A stretch of 62,683 nt of DNA, the filler included, from Hausera hauseri (Eukaryota): assembly GCA_046269625.1 (NCBI GenBank). It is 10 parts of 10 records of this genome, joined end to end, with 100 filler letters (N's around TTAATTAATTAA, not from the genome) between each part and the next. Parts side by side here need not be neighbours in the genome. Positions count along the whole stretch, not along the records: positions 36,373 to 41,311 come from JBJURY010385480.1; positions 41,412 to 46,273 come from JBJURY010412367.1; positions 46,374 to 52,000 come from JBJURY010218188.1; 7 more parts are not named here. One strand, given 5' to 3'. The translations under genes were made by a program, and so were the position numbers. The notes under the pieces were generated by a model. The model worked only from the letters and a program-made list of their open reading frames with translations, had not been told where the DNA came from and did no database searches. Positions 37,500-48,840 of the stretch are shown in pieces (the first letter of the stretch is position 1; each line of letters opens with the position of its first letter).

Positions 37500-40335
37500 T
37501 GTCATCAACACTAAATTAAATTCTTCGTTGAATGAAAATGAAAAAGAAAAAAAGATTAAAGAAATTTATAGATTACGTCAAAAAGATTTTGTTCCAGAAC
37601 CTCGATACTTATCAGAAATTGAAAAACAAGAAAAGATTAATAAGCAAATCGATGCAGTAATTGATGAAGTTCTTAATCACAGAATCGAACCATCTCCAAT
37701 AGTAATTAGCAGTGGTGAAGTCACCCCTATTGGAGTGGACGAAACTCAGTTAATAAAAGAAGATGAAGAAATTGATATACAGAAATTCATTAAAGAAGGA
37801 CAAGATTTACTTCTTACTAAAGATGTGACCACAAAGAACGACTAATTAGACAAATTATGTTTACTCATGTTAAAGAAAAAGAAAATGAAGCAAGAACAAA
37901 AAGAGCAGCTGAAAGAGATACGCACTGATATGGAATTATGGCTAAGTAAAACTTATGAATCAGAAATTAAAATTGAACTTAAGAAAGTCGATGATATCCT
38001 AGATCAAAAACTAAGTGATAAAGACAAATCCTTTTGGACTGAACAGAAACAATTATTAGAAGGCGCGAGATTACCACCTATTAACTCTGGAAAGAAAGAA
38101 ACTATCAACGAAGTACGGATTAAATTAAGTCAAACAATAGTATCGTATCTATTTAAAGTCTTAGAGACAAAATCACTATGTAAATATTTGCTTCGGAATT
38201 CAATTATTGATAAATCAGTAACTCTTAAAAAGAGAATTAATCATTTAATTGAACAATTGAGAAGTTTTGGTATAAAAAGCCCTGAAGATAACGAGAAAAC
38301 GTTAACCAAAATCCTTGATGAAACCAATGAACAGTATCAATGTGTGTCTAATGAGAATGATTTAGATAAGAGTGAAAACGAAATTGAAAATGAATTAATT
38401 CTGATTTCTATAAAATAAATTACCGACAACTATCCTCCTATGGTACCTCCAGTTACCATCAAAGAACTTACTGAAGAAGTAGAAACTACTGACGATTTTC
38501 TTAAAAGACTAAAAGGAATCAAATTTTCTCCGGATTGCAAGAAGTTTATAAATGAAATAAGAAGAAAAGAAGGAAGCGAACCTCTTACCGATAACGAACT
38601 TCCGTTGATAATTGATGAAAAATCAGACTTAAAAGAAAGAATGGAAAAATTAAAAGGACCAGTGTCAAAACGATCAGATATCATACAACAGTTACAAAAA
38701 GCAATTCTCCCAGAAGAAATTGAGAGTAATACTGCCGATCTAATTGAAACAATACAACCCAAAATCAAAAGAAAACCTATTGTAGAGAAGATGCGCTTAT
38801 GCAAACCTAGTGACGTTAGAATTAGTAGAGAAAAATTGCAAGTGCCAGTTGATGTAGTACAAGATACTCTCTGTGATACGACTGATTATAATTTCGGAGA
38901 TGACATCAACATTACCGATTTCAGCAAGTGTGATTTGGACAACATCTATCCTGAAAGATTCCCAGAGGATGAAATGGACAATGAGATAGAGACTCGACCA
39001 ACTTTACTTAAAAGAATGAATGCTTTGGAGGAGTAACCCGAAGAATTAGATGACTTATTAATGACATAACTCAACAAGGACGGAAATATTCAAGAAATTT
39101 TAGAAGCAGTAGAGAAGTTATCTAGTAAGGCGGCAGATAAATAGAGATACAACTCTACTCCACGAACGCTATTGAAACTATTAGGAAAATATTTCCTAAG
39201 CAATCAATATTAAAAAAATATATATTAAAAATATTAAAAAGTTATTGTTCGAGCCATGTTAACGGAATCGTCTTTCCTGATATAGAAATGAATCTAGATA
39301 GTCAATTTGCGGACCTTGAACAGATGATCAAATGCCAAACCAATAGAGTAATGAAACACTTAAGAATTGAATATTATAACAGAATCTTAGACTCAGAAGA
39401 ATTTTTAATAAATGTTGGAATGATACCCACAAATATCAACGCCGTTAAAGTTATGCCAACTAATGAATTAACTCAAGAGGAACCAAAACGAAAAATAATA
39501 AATGGAGAAGATATACATGAAGATGAATCTATTATGGGAATCCAATGTAAACAAACTTATTTGCAACATTTAAAGGAAGCAACAGCGGAAAATTTGAAGA
39601 AACCACTTATTGATATAGAAGATAAAGAAATCGTACAGCCAATAGTAAGGAAAACATTGTTTGACCTTAATAAGCGCGCCAGACCTAACAAATTAATGAC
39701 TGTTGCTAAAAATTTCGCTACCAAAATTATGGATTATGAAACTCCAAAATTATATAAATAATATAAAGAGGTCAAGAAACTGGGTAGAGAAATCTATTAC
39801 ATAGATATTGGAAAGGATTCGATTACCCCTCGATCTCCAAAATGGAAAAAACGGGTTTAGGAACAGCTGAAATTTATGAAGAATCTTAAGAAAAATTCAC
39901 AGTTGAAAAACTTCACAATTGATGATATCGTACAACTAATCCTAGAGAAACCATCCAGTATAAATCTTGAAAAGGTGATACTGTTGTTAATATCCGAGAC
40001 ACTCAATGAAAATGGATTGAAAAATACAACAGGCAAAATCATTCATGCTAGCAAATCAATAATTCCGCAATATGGAAGATGGAGAGACCTATTTCTACGC
40101 AATGAAAACGAAAGTTTACTCGAAACAGAACCGAAAAATATAGAAAAGGCTATTCAAGAAATTACTTTAAATGCATCCCATGAAAAGATTGTTCCCATCA
40201 TAATTGAGAAGATGACAAATCAATTACAAGAGGAAATTCAGAAAAGGGATAGTGTAAAGTCTAATGGAATATTCGTACAACTCATGTTACTCTTATTATT
40301 GTTATTTTCGAGTTTTAAAAGAACTGGAACAATAT
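37500..40335 (+). pseudogene. N-terminal E/K-rich helical part of endogenous viral/retroelement polyprotein, copy A
   Basis: Consecutive ORFs broken by single stops or frameshifts, running in frame into an internal signal peptide (IFVQLMLLLLLLFSS). Confidence 0.7.
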
Positions 40336-41311
40336 TGGCCTATGATTGCAACCAGATATATGAAGGCAGTTACTATTCATTGATGGATCTTCAGTCATGC
40401 CCAGATGCTCTTCCGAGAAAGCTGGAGACGCAAATGCAAAATCTATATATTTATTACGACAAAACTGTTACATATAAAAGGACTGGAATGTTCCTTACGC
40501 GTTTCTCGCACTATTTCTCACTGTGGCTACTTACACCATGACTCGTACATCAAACCAACTACTATACCTAAATATGTGTCAGTAAATCCCACATATTGTA
40601 GAGATGCGGGAGAAACCCAGCAACTGAAATGTGGAGAAATCCTGTTGACCGCCATAAAAGGACAAGTAACTCAACAAGAAAAATGGATCGCTGGATATAA
40701 AGATGAAAAAGGAAACTGTAGAGGAGGAAATTTTGACACAGGAAAAGGTGTTGAAGCAGGTAGCATAGTGCATGACCAGTATGAGGTTGAAATTAAGGAT
40801 AATACCTATTTTTTTCGAAACCAGCACAAATACAATGGCAGACGCATCCTTTTGTAAATTACAAACAGGACATTGTCATACTAGAACCGCCATTATAGTT
40901 TGGACACCACCAACGAGTTATGATTGTACATTAGTACAAATCAGAAAAGGAAAATTCAATGTCACCACAGGAAAACGTTATGTCCGCCATTATGAGACTA
41001 ATTTCGAGCATACCAATATTCAAGTTATTCCGGAAGTAAAAACACCCAAGATTGTAATATCAAAGGATATCAAAGGAGGAGTCAAATTCATACAACAAGA
41101 TGCTATTACGAAATGTGGACAGCAAGTATTCAGTATAAATTACGATAATTACTTTATATCCGAAAGAAAAATTAAAGGAGCAGATAATTCTCCCTCCAAT
41201 AGAGCTCAGTTAGTGAATATTGCAGATTATATCGCAAACCAAAATGACTTTCTATTCTACCTAACTCATAAAACTATCGAAGAAATATATTCCGAAACAA
41301 TCCAAAATTTT
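40336..41311 (+). pseudogene. Chuvirus-G/gB-like class III fusion glycoprotein ectodomain, copy A (truncated by the spacer)
   Basis: AYDC....YSLMDLQSC, ECSLRVSRTISHCGYLHH.S, C...., IAG....GNCRGG, C....G.C......IVW.....C, CG.....NY. Confidence 0.85.
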
Positions 41312-41411
41312 NNNNNNNNNNNNNNNNNNNNNNNNNNNNNNNNNNNNNNNNNNNNTTAATTAATTAANNNNNNNNNNNNNNNNNNNNNNNNNNNNNNNNN
41401 NNNNNNNNNNN
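41312..41411. other. Artificial contig spacer
   Basis: Same 100-bp spacer. Confidence 0.98.
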
Positions 41412-41800
41412 GTGGGAGTTGGACTCCACCAGGGCTGCCCATTGTCACCGATTTCATGCATGCACAGAGAGAACTTGTAAACTCCACCCAGAAACATCCC
41501 CAGCCCAGATTTGATCCAGTGACCCTATTGCGAAAGGCAACAGCTCTACCAACTGAGCATCAAAGGCTCAATCAGTTACACATCTGTTAACATTTAAAAT
41601 GCCATCTAGTGGGCTGGATATAATTGTAACATGGGCCATATCTGACGTATGGGTTATGAATTTGATGACACTTGGTATGAGACCCAGGAGGCTGGGGTGA
41701 TGAAGGGTAGGTTTGGCTGTGCAAGAGGGGGGAACCAGAAAGCCTGGAGAAAACCCCTACATGCAAAAGGAAAACATTCAAACTCCACAGAGAAAAGTCA
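41412..41800. repeat. Teleost-type RTE LINE sliver and SINE fragments
   Basis: VGVGLHQGCPLSP RT motif at 41412; two gagaac.t..aaactccac.cagaaa-like SINE motifs (about 41465-41560, 41730-41795). Confidence 0.55.
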
Positions 41801-41920
41801 AGCAGATATTTGCAATGTAATCCTTTCTTTTTTTGTTAACCACCATGTGGTTTCACCATGTGGACACACATGTGCTTTCATTGGCCAGAAAAGGACTAGG
41901 TCAGCTCTTGGGTTTGCACT

Positions 41921-44900
41921 TTATGTATATTGGCCAAATTTCTTCCCAGATGATTTGTTATTGGCATCAGAAAGGTGAGAAGTTGTGTAGGAAGCTTCAA
42001 CACTTGTGTTAGGTAAAGTCCTGGTGTTATGATCTACACTTGCTTTCTTGGTGAGAAATTTTTGTGGGCGTTTTCGATGCACTTTTGTGTCAGATGTTTG
42101 TTGGTTAGATTTTTTGGAATTTCTACCCGCAGTCGGAATCGCAATGGGATCAGGATTTGTGAACCTTTTGTTATTGAAGTCTGGAGAAAGACAGGCTCGG
42201 CTCTTGAGTTGGCATCTTTTTAATATTTGGTGTGCGTTGGTCACATAAACACTGTTTTTGAAATCAGCAAGATGGGCCATCGTGATGAAGTCATGGTTTA
42301 GCGCATCACTCGAGAGAATTCTGTCCGCTGAATTTATCATTAATATGTTCCTGATAAAGTCTATAAAGGATGTCAGATCTTCTATTTCAATAGGATCCTC
42401 GGTTTCAGGTGCCATTTTCTGCAGGTCATCCAGAGACTGTAAACGATCTGAAATCATGTTTCCTGTTTCTTCTGTATTTTTTTTGCGTCTCTTAAGTCTC
42501 CAAACAAGACCCGATTTTTTCATGTCCAGTTTAAAAAAGCGATGGACGTGCTTGCCAAAATTCAGTGAATTATGGTCTGGCATACCATGCAGCTTTACCA
42601 TCATTTTCACATTTTCAAATAACGATACTGGATACATATGTTCAGCAAGAAACAGGTAAAGTAATGTAGCTCCAGTACTCCACACATCAACACTTTCGTC
42701 CAGCGGAAAGCCCAGGATAACTTCAGGTGCTTTATAACCGAAAGCTTGGATATCAGAAATCAGTCGTAATTCTGAAGTCTGACAAGCAAGGCCAAAATCG
42801 ATCAGTTTAACTCTAAATAGCGTTTTTTCATAATCAGCAATCATTATGTTGTCGGGTTTAATGTCGGTGTGGGTGATGCCAATTTGTTTCAGTGCGCTAA
42901 GAGCTACTAGCGTTTGTTCAGCGATCGGTCTGATTTCCGACACGCTCAGAGGTTTGCAATTGTTTTTTCCAATCCAGTCAAATAAGCTCAGATCTAACAT
43001 TTCAAACACAAAGCAAGTGCTGTTCTTATATGGAAAGCAGTGAAAAAACTTTATCAAGTTGTTTTTGTCAGCGTCAAGCTTTCTGAGACGTTTTAGTATG
43101 CATGCTTCTTGCTTAGCTGACAAGTCATCTTCTTCACCTATTGCTTTTATTGCTACAAATTCCTTTGTGCCTTTTTTTCTGCACCTAGCAACTTGTCCGA
43201 AGCTTCCTTGACCAAGTATTTTATAAACGTGGTAAGAAGTTGATCTATGATGGATGGTGGTATTTTCATTGAAAAATAATACGGACAAATTCATAGCGTT
43301 TCTGGAGTCTTTCAGGCTGAAGTCTGGGTTGTATGCTGTGTCATCTTTGTCATAATGTGAGTTCTCAAGGTGGCACCTTGACATCATTTCTTTTGCCATT
43401 GTTCCTGAAGAACTTTCACCTGCTTTAGTAAGGTGTTTCATTGTAATGAAGTTGTGCCGAAGAGCATCACCTGGGAGAATCCTGTTTAATGGATCAACTG
43501 TTAGCATCATCTTAATAAGGTCCACAAAGGCTTTGACATCTTCTAATGCAGTGGGATCTGTTATGTCAGGTGCCATTTGGTGTAAATCATCAAATGACTT
43601 TAAGTTATCATAACAGTTGCCTTTCTCATCAGTGCAACATTCTGTTGCCTGAAAATATTCCTTAGGTGTTTTGAACTTCCAAACGCTTGTAGGCCCTCTC
43701 TGGAGGAGAGTAAAAAAGTCCATTGATCGCCATCCTTTCTCCAGAAAATATTTCTCTGGTTGGCCATGCAGTTTTACAATGAACCTCAAATAGTTGTATT
43801 CACAGTGGGAAGTAGGATAAAAAGATTGGCCAAGGAAAAGAAACAGCAATGTGCATCCCAGACCCCACATATCAATACCTTCATCTGGTTGAATACCCAA
43901 GTTAACTTCTGGTGCTCTGTAACCAAAAGCCTGAAGATTCTGACCCTTTGATAATGTAGAGGTTTGACATGCAGCCCCAAAATCAATCAGCTTAACCCTA
44001 AATGGATTTGACCTCTGATTGACAAGCACTATATTAGTTGGATTTAAGTCTGCATGGGTGATGCCAATGCTTTTGAGTGCTTTAAGAGCTACGAGCATTT
44101 GTTGACAGATCGGTCTGATTTCAGCAACTTCTAGAGGTTTCCAGTGCCGTCTTTCTATAAAATCATACAAGCTTATGTCTAACAACTCAAATTTGAGGCA
44201 AAAGCATGACTTAAACTGAAAACAGTTAAAGAACCTAATGAAGTTGTTGTTGTCCGGGTCGAGCCTTCTGAGACATTTGAATATGTCAGCTTCTTTGTGA
44301 GCTGTAACGAAGTCCGACTTATTCACTATTTTTATAGCTACAGTCTCAGAGGATCCGTCTTTTCGACATTTAGCAACTTTTCCATAACGTCCGTGTCCAA
44401 GCACTTCCTCGATGTAGTAATGTGTCCATCTCAAGTTATCTTGTATAACAAATCCTTTTTCAAACGGACTAATCAAATATACGACAGAAGAGTCGCTATC
44501 CGTGTTGTCCGTTTCATCTGTGTTGTCCGTTTCATCTGTGGAGTCATTGCCATCTGTTTCTTCTGTGGTTTCTGCTTCATCCATGGAGTCTGTTTCATCC
44601 ATGGAGTCATTGCCATCTGTTTCTTCTGTGACTTCGGTTTCATCCATGGAGTCTGTTTCATCCATGGAGTCCGTGCCATTTGTTTCTTCTGTGACTTCTG
44701 TTTCATCCATGGAGTCTGTTTCATCCATGGAGACCCTGCCATCTCTTTCATCTGAGCTCAGGAGTCCAGATCCCTGCATTAACTTATTTGCACAGTCAAC
44801 ATAGAGGCCATTTTCTGAATTATCAAGGTGGTCCATTGTGATAAACTGATGATTAAGCGCATCAGCTGGGGAGATTCTGTCCACTGGATTTAGTTCTAAC

Positions 44901-45904
44901 ATGTTTTTCAGGAAATCTATGAACGCTTTTAAATCATCCAATTCAGTAGGATCCAAGACTTCATCCATGTTAATTAAGTCATCTAGTGAATTCAAATGAC
45001 CATAAGGGATGTTTTTGATTTTAACTATATTTCCTGTCGCTCTTTTGTATTCTTTGAATGTTCTAAGCCTCCACTTTTTGTTAGGATCTTTCGTGTCCGT
45101 GGTAAAAAAGCGCCTGGCACGCCATCCTTCGTCAAGCAAAGAATCATTTGGTTTGCCGTGCAGTTTAACTATAGATCTCATATAATTATACTCACAGTGT
45201 GTACCATACAACTCTTCACCAAGGAGTAGATATGCCAGCGTGCATCCAAGGCTCCAGATGTCAATGCTTGGACCCACCGATAAGTTTAGAAACATTTCAG
45301 GTGCACTATACCCGCAAGTTAGATGGAATGCAGCCTCTGTTAGTTTTCCTTGTTTAACAGCCGCTGAAAAGCCTGCAAGTTTAACTTTAAACGGCTGAGA
45401 GACATGGTCAACAAACAATATGTGTTCAGGCTTTATATCTGCATGCATAATTCCAGTGTCTTTCAGTGCACTCAAAGCCACCAACATTTGGTGAGCTATT
45501 GCTCTGATTTCACTTACCTCTAAATATGCCATGTGTCTTGAAGACACAAATTCTTGTAGGTTTAAGTCAAGATGTTCAAATGCTAAACAGATACGGTCAT
45601 TGAACTCGAAATATTCATAAAACTTGACAAAATTATTCCTGTCAAGACCGACCGTACCGAGAAGACGTAAAGCTTTGATCTCTCGCTCTTCTGCGTCGTA
45701 ATACTGCTTCTTTGTGCATTTTAAAACAAACATTTCGTTTGTTTTATCGTCTCTGCAAGCGGCGATCTCTCCAAAGTTCCCATACCGTAGGATCTCTACA
45801 ATGTTGTAAACGCTTGACTCACTTCTGATTTCAGAACCAACTTCTGGTTTAAAAGCTGGATCCGCGACGCAGTTTGGCGAATATTTTTTCAAATATCCAG
45901 CCAT
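41921..45904 (-). CDS. Intronless protein with three tandem HIPK-like (CMGC) kinase domains; probably teleost
   Basis: Intact ORF of about 1327 aa from ATG 45904; three units of G.G.FG.V..C / VAIK / FE.LD / H.D.KP.N / VKLIDFG / APE / D.WSLG, with an acidic repeat between domains 1 and 2. Confidence 0.93.
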   Translation of the reverse strand: MAGYLKKYSPNCVADPAFKPEVGSEIRSESSVYNIVEILRYGNFGEIAACRDDKTNEMFVLKCTKKQYYDAEEREIKALRLLGTVGLDRNNFVKFYEYFEFNDRICLAFEHLDLNLQEFVSSRHMAYLEVSEIRAIAHQMLVALSALKDTGIMHADIKPEHILFVDHVSQPFKVKLAGFSAAVKQGKLTEAAFHLTCGYSAPEMFLNLSVGPSIDIWSLGCTLAYLLLGEELYGTHCEYNYMRSIVKLHGKPNDSLLDEGWRARRFFTTDTKDPNKKWRLRTFKEYKRATGNIVKIKNIPYGHLNSLDDLINMDEVLDPTELDDLKAFIDFLKNMLELNPVDRISPADALNHQFITMDHLDNSENGLYVDCANKLMQGSGLLSSDERDGRVSMDETDSMDETEVTEETNGTDSMDETDSMDETEVTEETDGNDSMDETDSMDEAETTEETDGNDSTDETDNTDETDNTDSDSSVVYLISPFEKGFVIQDNLRWTHYYIEEVLGHGRYGKVAKCRKDGSSETVAIKIVNKSDFVTAHKEADIFKCLRRLDPDNNNFIRFFNCFQFKSCFCLKFELLDISLYDFIERRHWKPLEVAEIRPICQQMLVALKALKSIGITHADLNPTNIVLVNQRSNPFRVKLIDFGAACQTSTLSKGQNLQAFGYRAPEVNLGIQPDEGIDMWGLGCTLLFLFLGQSFYPTSHCEYNYLRFIVKLHGQPEKYFLEKGWRSMDFFTLLQRGPTSVWKFKTPKEYFQATECCTDEKGNCYDNLKSFDDLHQMAPDITDPTALEDVKAFVDLIKMMLTVDPLNRILPGDALRHNFITMKHLTKAGESSSGTMAKEMMSRCHLENSHYDKDDTAYNPDFSLKDSRNAMNLSVLFFNENTTIHHRSTSYHVYKILGQGSFGQVARCRKKGTKEFVAIKAIGEEDDLSAKQEACILKRLRKLDADKNNLIKFFHCFPYKNSTCFVFEMLDLSLFDWIGKNNCKPLSVSEIRPIAEQTLVALSALKQIGITHTDIKPDNIMIADYEKTLFRVKLIDFGLACQTSELRLISDIQAFGYKAPEVILGFPLDESVDVWSTGATLLYLFLAEHMYPVSLFENVKMMVKLHGMPDHNSLNFGKHVHRFFKLDMKKSGLVWRLKRRKKNTEETGNMISDRLQSLDDLQKMAPETEDPIEIEDLTSFIDFIRNILMINSADRILSSDALNHDFITMAHLADFKNSVYVTNAHQILKRCQLKSRACLSPDFNNKRFTNPDPIAIPTAGRNSKKSNQQTSDTKVHRKRPQKFLTKKASVDHNTRTLPNTSVEASYTTSHLSDANNKSSGKKFGQYT
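44495..44735 (-). repeat. Coding acidic repeat (DSMDET / EETDGN)
   Basis: 18-bp and larger nested repeats inside the kinase ORF. Confidence 0.9.
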
Positions 45905-46017
45905 TTTCAAACGCTACGTTTTCAGTAGTCCGGAAACAGTCCTTTCGGTTCTAAGTTTCACCGAAGAATGATGTTCCAACGTTTCGCTTAAGTATTAATG
46001 GCATGTAAACAATGATG

Positions 46018-46230
46018 TAACAAAGGATCAAAGACTGTGATGCATAACAAAGGATCAAAGAATGTGATGCAGAACAAAGGATCAAAGAATGTGATAGTGA
46101 TGTCATCAAGCTAAATGTTGCTATAGTGATGATGTCATGAAGCCAAAAAAAGTTCTAATTTCCTGTATTCTATTTAGCTTGTTTACATCATCACTTTCAC
46201 ATTTGTATTCCATTTAGCTTGATGACATCA
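46018..46230. promoter_or_regulatory. Upstream tandem (aacaaaggatcaaaga.tgtgat x3) and 20-bp inverted repeat
   Basis: tgatgtcatcaagctaaatg (46098-46117) vs catttagcttgatgacatca (46211-46230); the tandem units contain ATCAAAG and AACAAAG HMG-box-like sites. Confidence 0.5.
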
Positions 46231-46273
46231 TCACTAAAATCGATTTGTTAAAGAAGCTAGATTCTTAGCCCTG

Positions 46274-46373
46274 NNNNNNNNNNNNNNNNNNNNNNNNNNN
46301 NNNNNNNNNNNNNNNNNTTAATTAATTAANNNNNNNNNNNNNNNNNNNNNNNNNNNNNNNNNNNNNNNNNNNN
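46274..46373. other. Artificial contig spacer
   Basis: Same 100-bp spacer. Confidence 0.98.
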
Positions 46374-46469
46374 AATCAGTAAATGAACCTTATTTTCCTC
46401 CTCTTATAAATTTCCTCACTTTATATTGGCTGCCTGAATTCCTCCTCACATCCTAAAAGGCCCAGATGA

Positions 46470-48840
46470 TAAATGAAAAGATGCATATAATATGCTAGAT
46501 AAGGCTATAATGGCAAAACCAATAATCGCCAATCAATTGTCGGAATGGCCCGAATTAATAACGCGACTAAGTAAATTAGTGGAAAACCGTAGGAAAGAAT
46601 TTCCAGAAAGCAAGCCTTCTATAAAGAAACAGTTAAAAGAAAGTGCACATAATTTAAACACAATAAAGGCAGAAATAGATATACGAACGCAATTCGAAAC
46701 TTTACGACGACTAAATTTTATGAAGAAAAAGCAGGAAACGACGATACTGGAAAAATCTATAAAATGGTCGAAGAGACGAATTTTACAAAAAAGCGGAATA
46801 TGACTTGCAATTTCTATCCAAGATTAAGAAATGTCCGATTGGAAGGAGTTTAACATTTAACATATAAACCTATCGATGAGATCCACCCAAGATATTGAAA
46901 CCCTAGACATTTGTCCGAAACATCAAGTCACTTTGACGGACGCAATAAAATTTTTGCATAAATTAAAAGACTGGATGGCCGGATCAGATCAGAACTTCCA
47001 CATCGAGTTGACAAAGATAAGAAATGACGAACAGCTTAGTTTTCAGAAATCTAAGTTCGTAAAGAAATTGTTTGATGCAATGGATCCCGACTCAAAAGTC
47101 ATAAATGAGATGTATGTACTTAATGGTAGAAATGGCAGAAATTAATGATGAGAAGATGAGGCAATTGATGCCCAAGTTACAGCAAGTAAAACAAACGTGC
47201 ATCAGAACAAAACAAAGAGCAACGAGACTAGATGAACTAGAAAAAGAACTCGAAAGCTATCGGAATAAATACACCTTTACCGAATCAGAAATTAAAAACC
47301 AGCGTGAATTTGTACAGAGATGGCAAAGAGGTGTAATCATTGAATTAGCAGATTATCATCAAAAAGGACTTATCAATTCTAACGAATTAAGCGAATCACT
47401 AAAGATGATTCAGTATGCTGTGGAAACGGAATAGGTTTCCGAACTACGCAGATAAAAGAAGTACAACCAAGATTGAAAGAGATTAGGGAAAATGTGCAGA
47501 AAACGAATACAGCTTTAGTAGGCTATGGACTTCCAGATATTGGAAATGAACCAGAATGGGACGCATACTTCGAGGCGATAACGGTCAAAAATCCTATTAC
47601 TCCTGTACAGCTAAAAGAAATAGAAATGGGCCCGCAGAACAAGAGATACAATATGGAGATGCTCCTGGATTCAGCGCTAACTGAAAAAGATTTAATCAAA
47701 CTAATTAACGTAAATATCACTGAAAGTAAGTTAAGGCAACTCATTCCGACCTTAACTAAATTATCTAGTGCGAATACGATTTATAGCACGGTGCCGAAAC
47801 TTTTGATAATGGAATAAGCTAAAATCTTGAGGGCTAAACCTGAGGTAGCGATGAAAGTAATGATATCGTCCGAGTGGATGGACGAAAAAGAATGTGAATT
47901 AACTACATATTCCTATGTGAGGGATGTAAGAGAATGGTTATTAAATAATGGCGGAACAAACGAGTTAAATTACAGGTTTTACTTCAGAGGTAGAATACTA
48001 GACGATTTAGAACAGTTTATAGACGTCGGAATTATTCCCGACGAAACAAATCAAATAGTGGTAATAATAGCCAATGAACAAAGTAGAGAAGAAGCCACGG
48101 GTAGAGCTAAGACAAAACAATGCGTAGGACAAATTATGGGAGTCCGAAACGCTACAATGTATTTTGAGTATCTACAAACGGACGAAGATAAGGATCAATA
48201 CGATAAGAATTTAGTACCACTAAATGAAATGACAGCCAATGTTCCAAGACAGAAACGCCCAGTCGGTAGGCCTAAGAAGACACGAGAAGAAGTCGATTAT
48301 AATGGAAAATTGATTAGAGAATTGAGACAAATGTCATTTCCGACTTTCGGCTCACATAATGAAGAATTAAACGAGTTAGTGAAGAATTTAATACGAATTG
48401 TAAATTATTCAAGCCTTCTAGATGACACGTTAGATGGTAAAGAAAAAGTCATATTCGATGCAGCTAGAATGATGAGAAGTTCACATTTTAAACTATCGAA
48501 TAATAACTTAACCGATGAATCGGTAATCGAAAACATTATGGTAAAAAACACCAATGAAGAATTGAGAAAAGTATTACTATACTTAGCTATTAAAATAAAC
48601 CTTAATCGGGAGAATATAATTAATAAGGCTATAGGCTTAGCACGAAAAGCGGCAAGAAAACTGCCGTGCGAAGTAAATTGGTCAAGACTATTTGACAAGG
48701 AAGAAGACAGACAAACCAATAATAAACTCGACGATATGTTATGCATTTTGACAACGGCGGACGTTGGATACCGGAAAAACGAATCAAATTGGCTAATCAG
48801 CTTACTCACTTTGATGATGCTAATAAAGCACATAAGCGCT
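46470..48840 (+). pseudogene. N-terminal part of polyprotein copy B: coiled coil, ubiquitin-like domain, AT-hook, helical domain, internal signal peptide
   Basis: Mostly one frame with isolated stops; YRFYFRGRILDD..FIDVGI (Ubl), KRPVGRPKK (AT-hook), WLISLLTLMMLIKHISA (signal). Confidence 0.75.

Noticed and set aside
44297-44804. Overlapping antisense ORFs in the kinase
   Set aside because: By-products of the stop-free acidic repeat.
41412-46273. Horizontal transfer of fish genes into the parasite
   Set aside because: No contig joins fish-like and parasite-like sequence; contamination is simpler.
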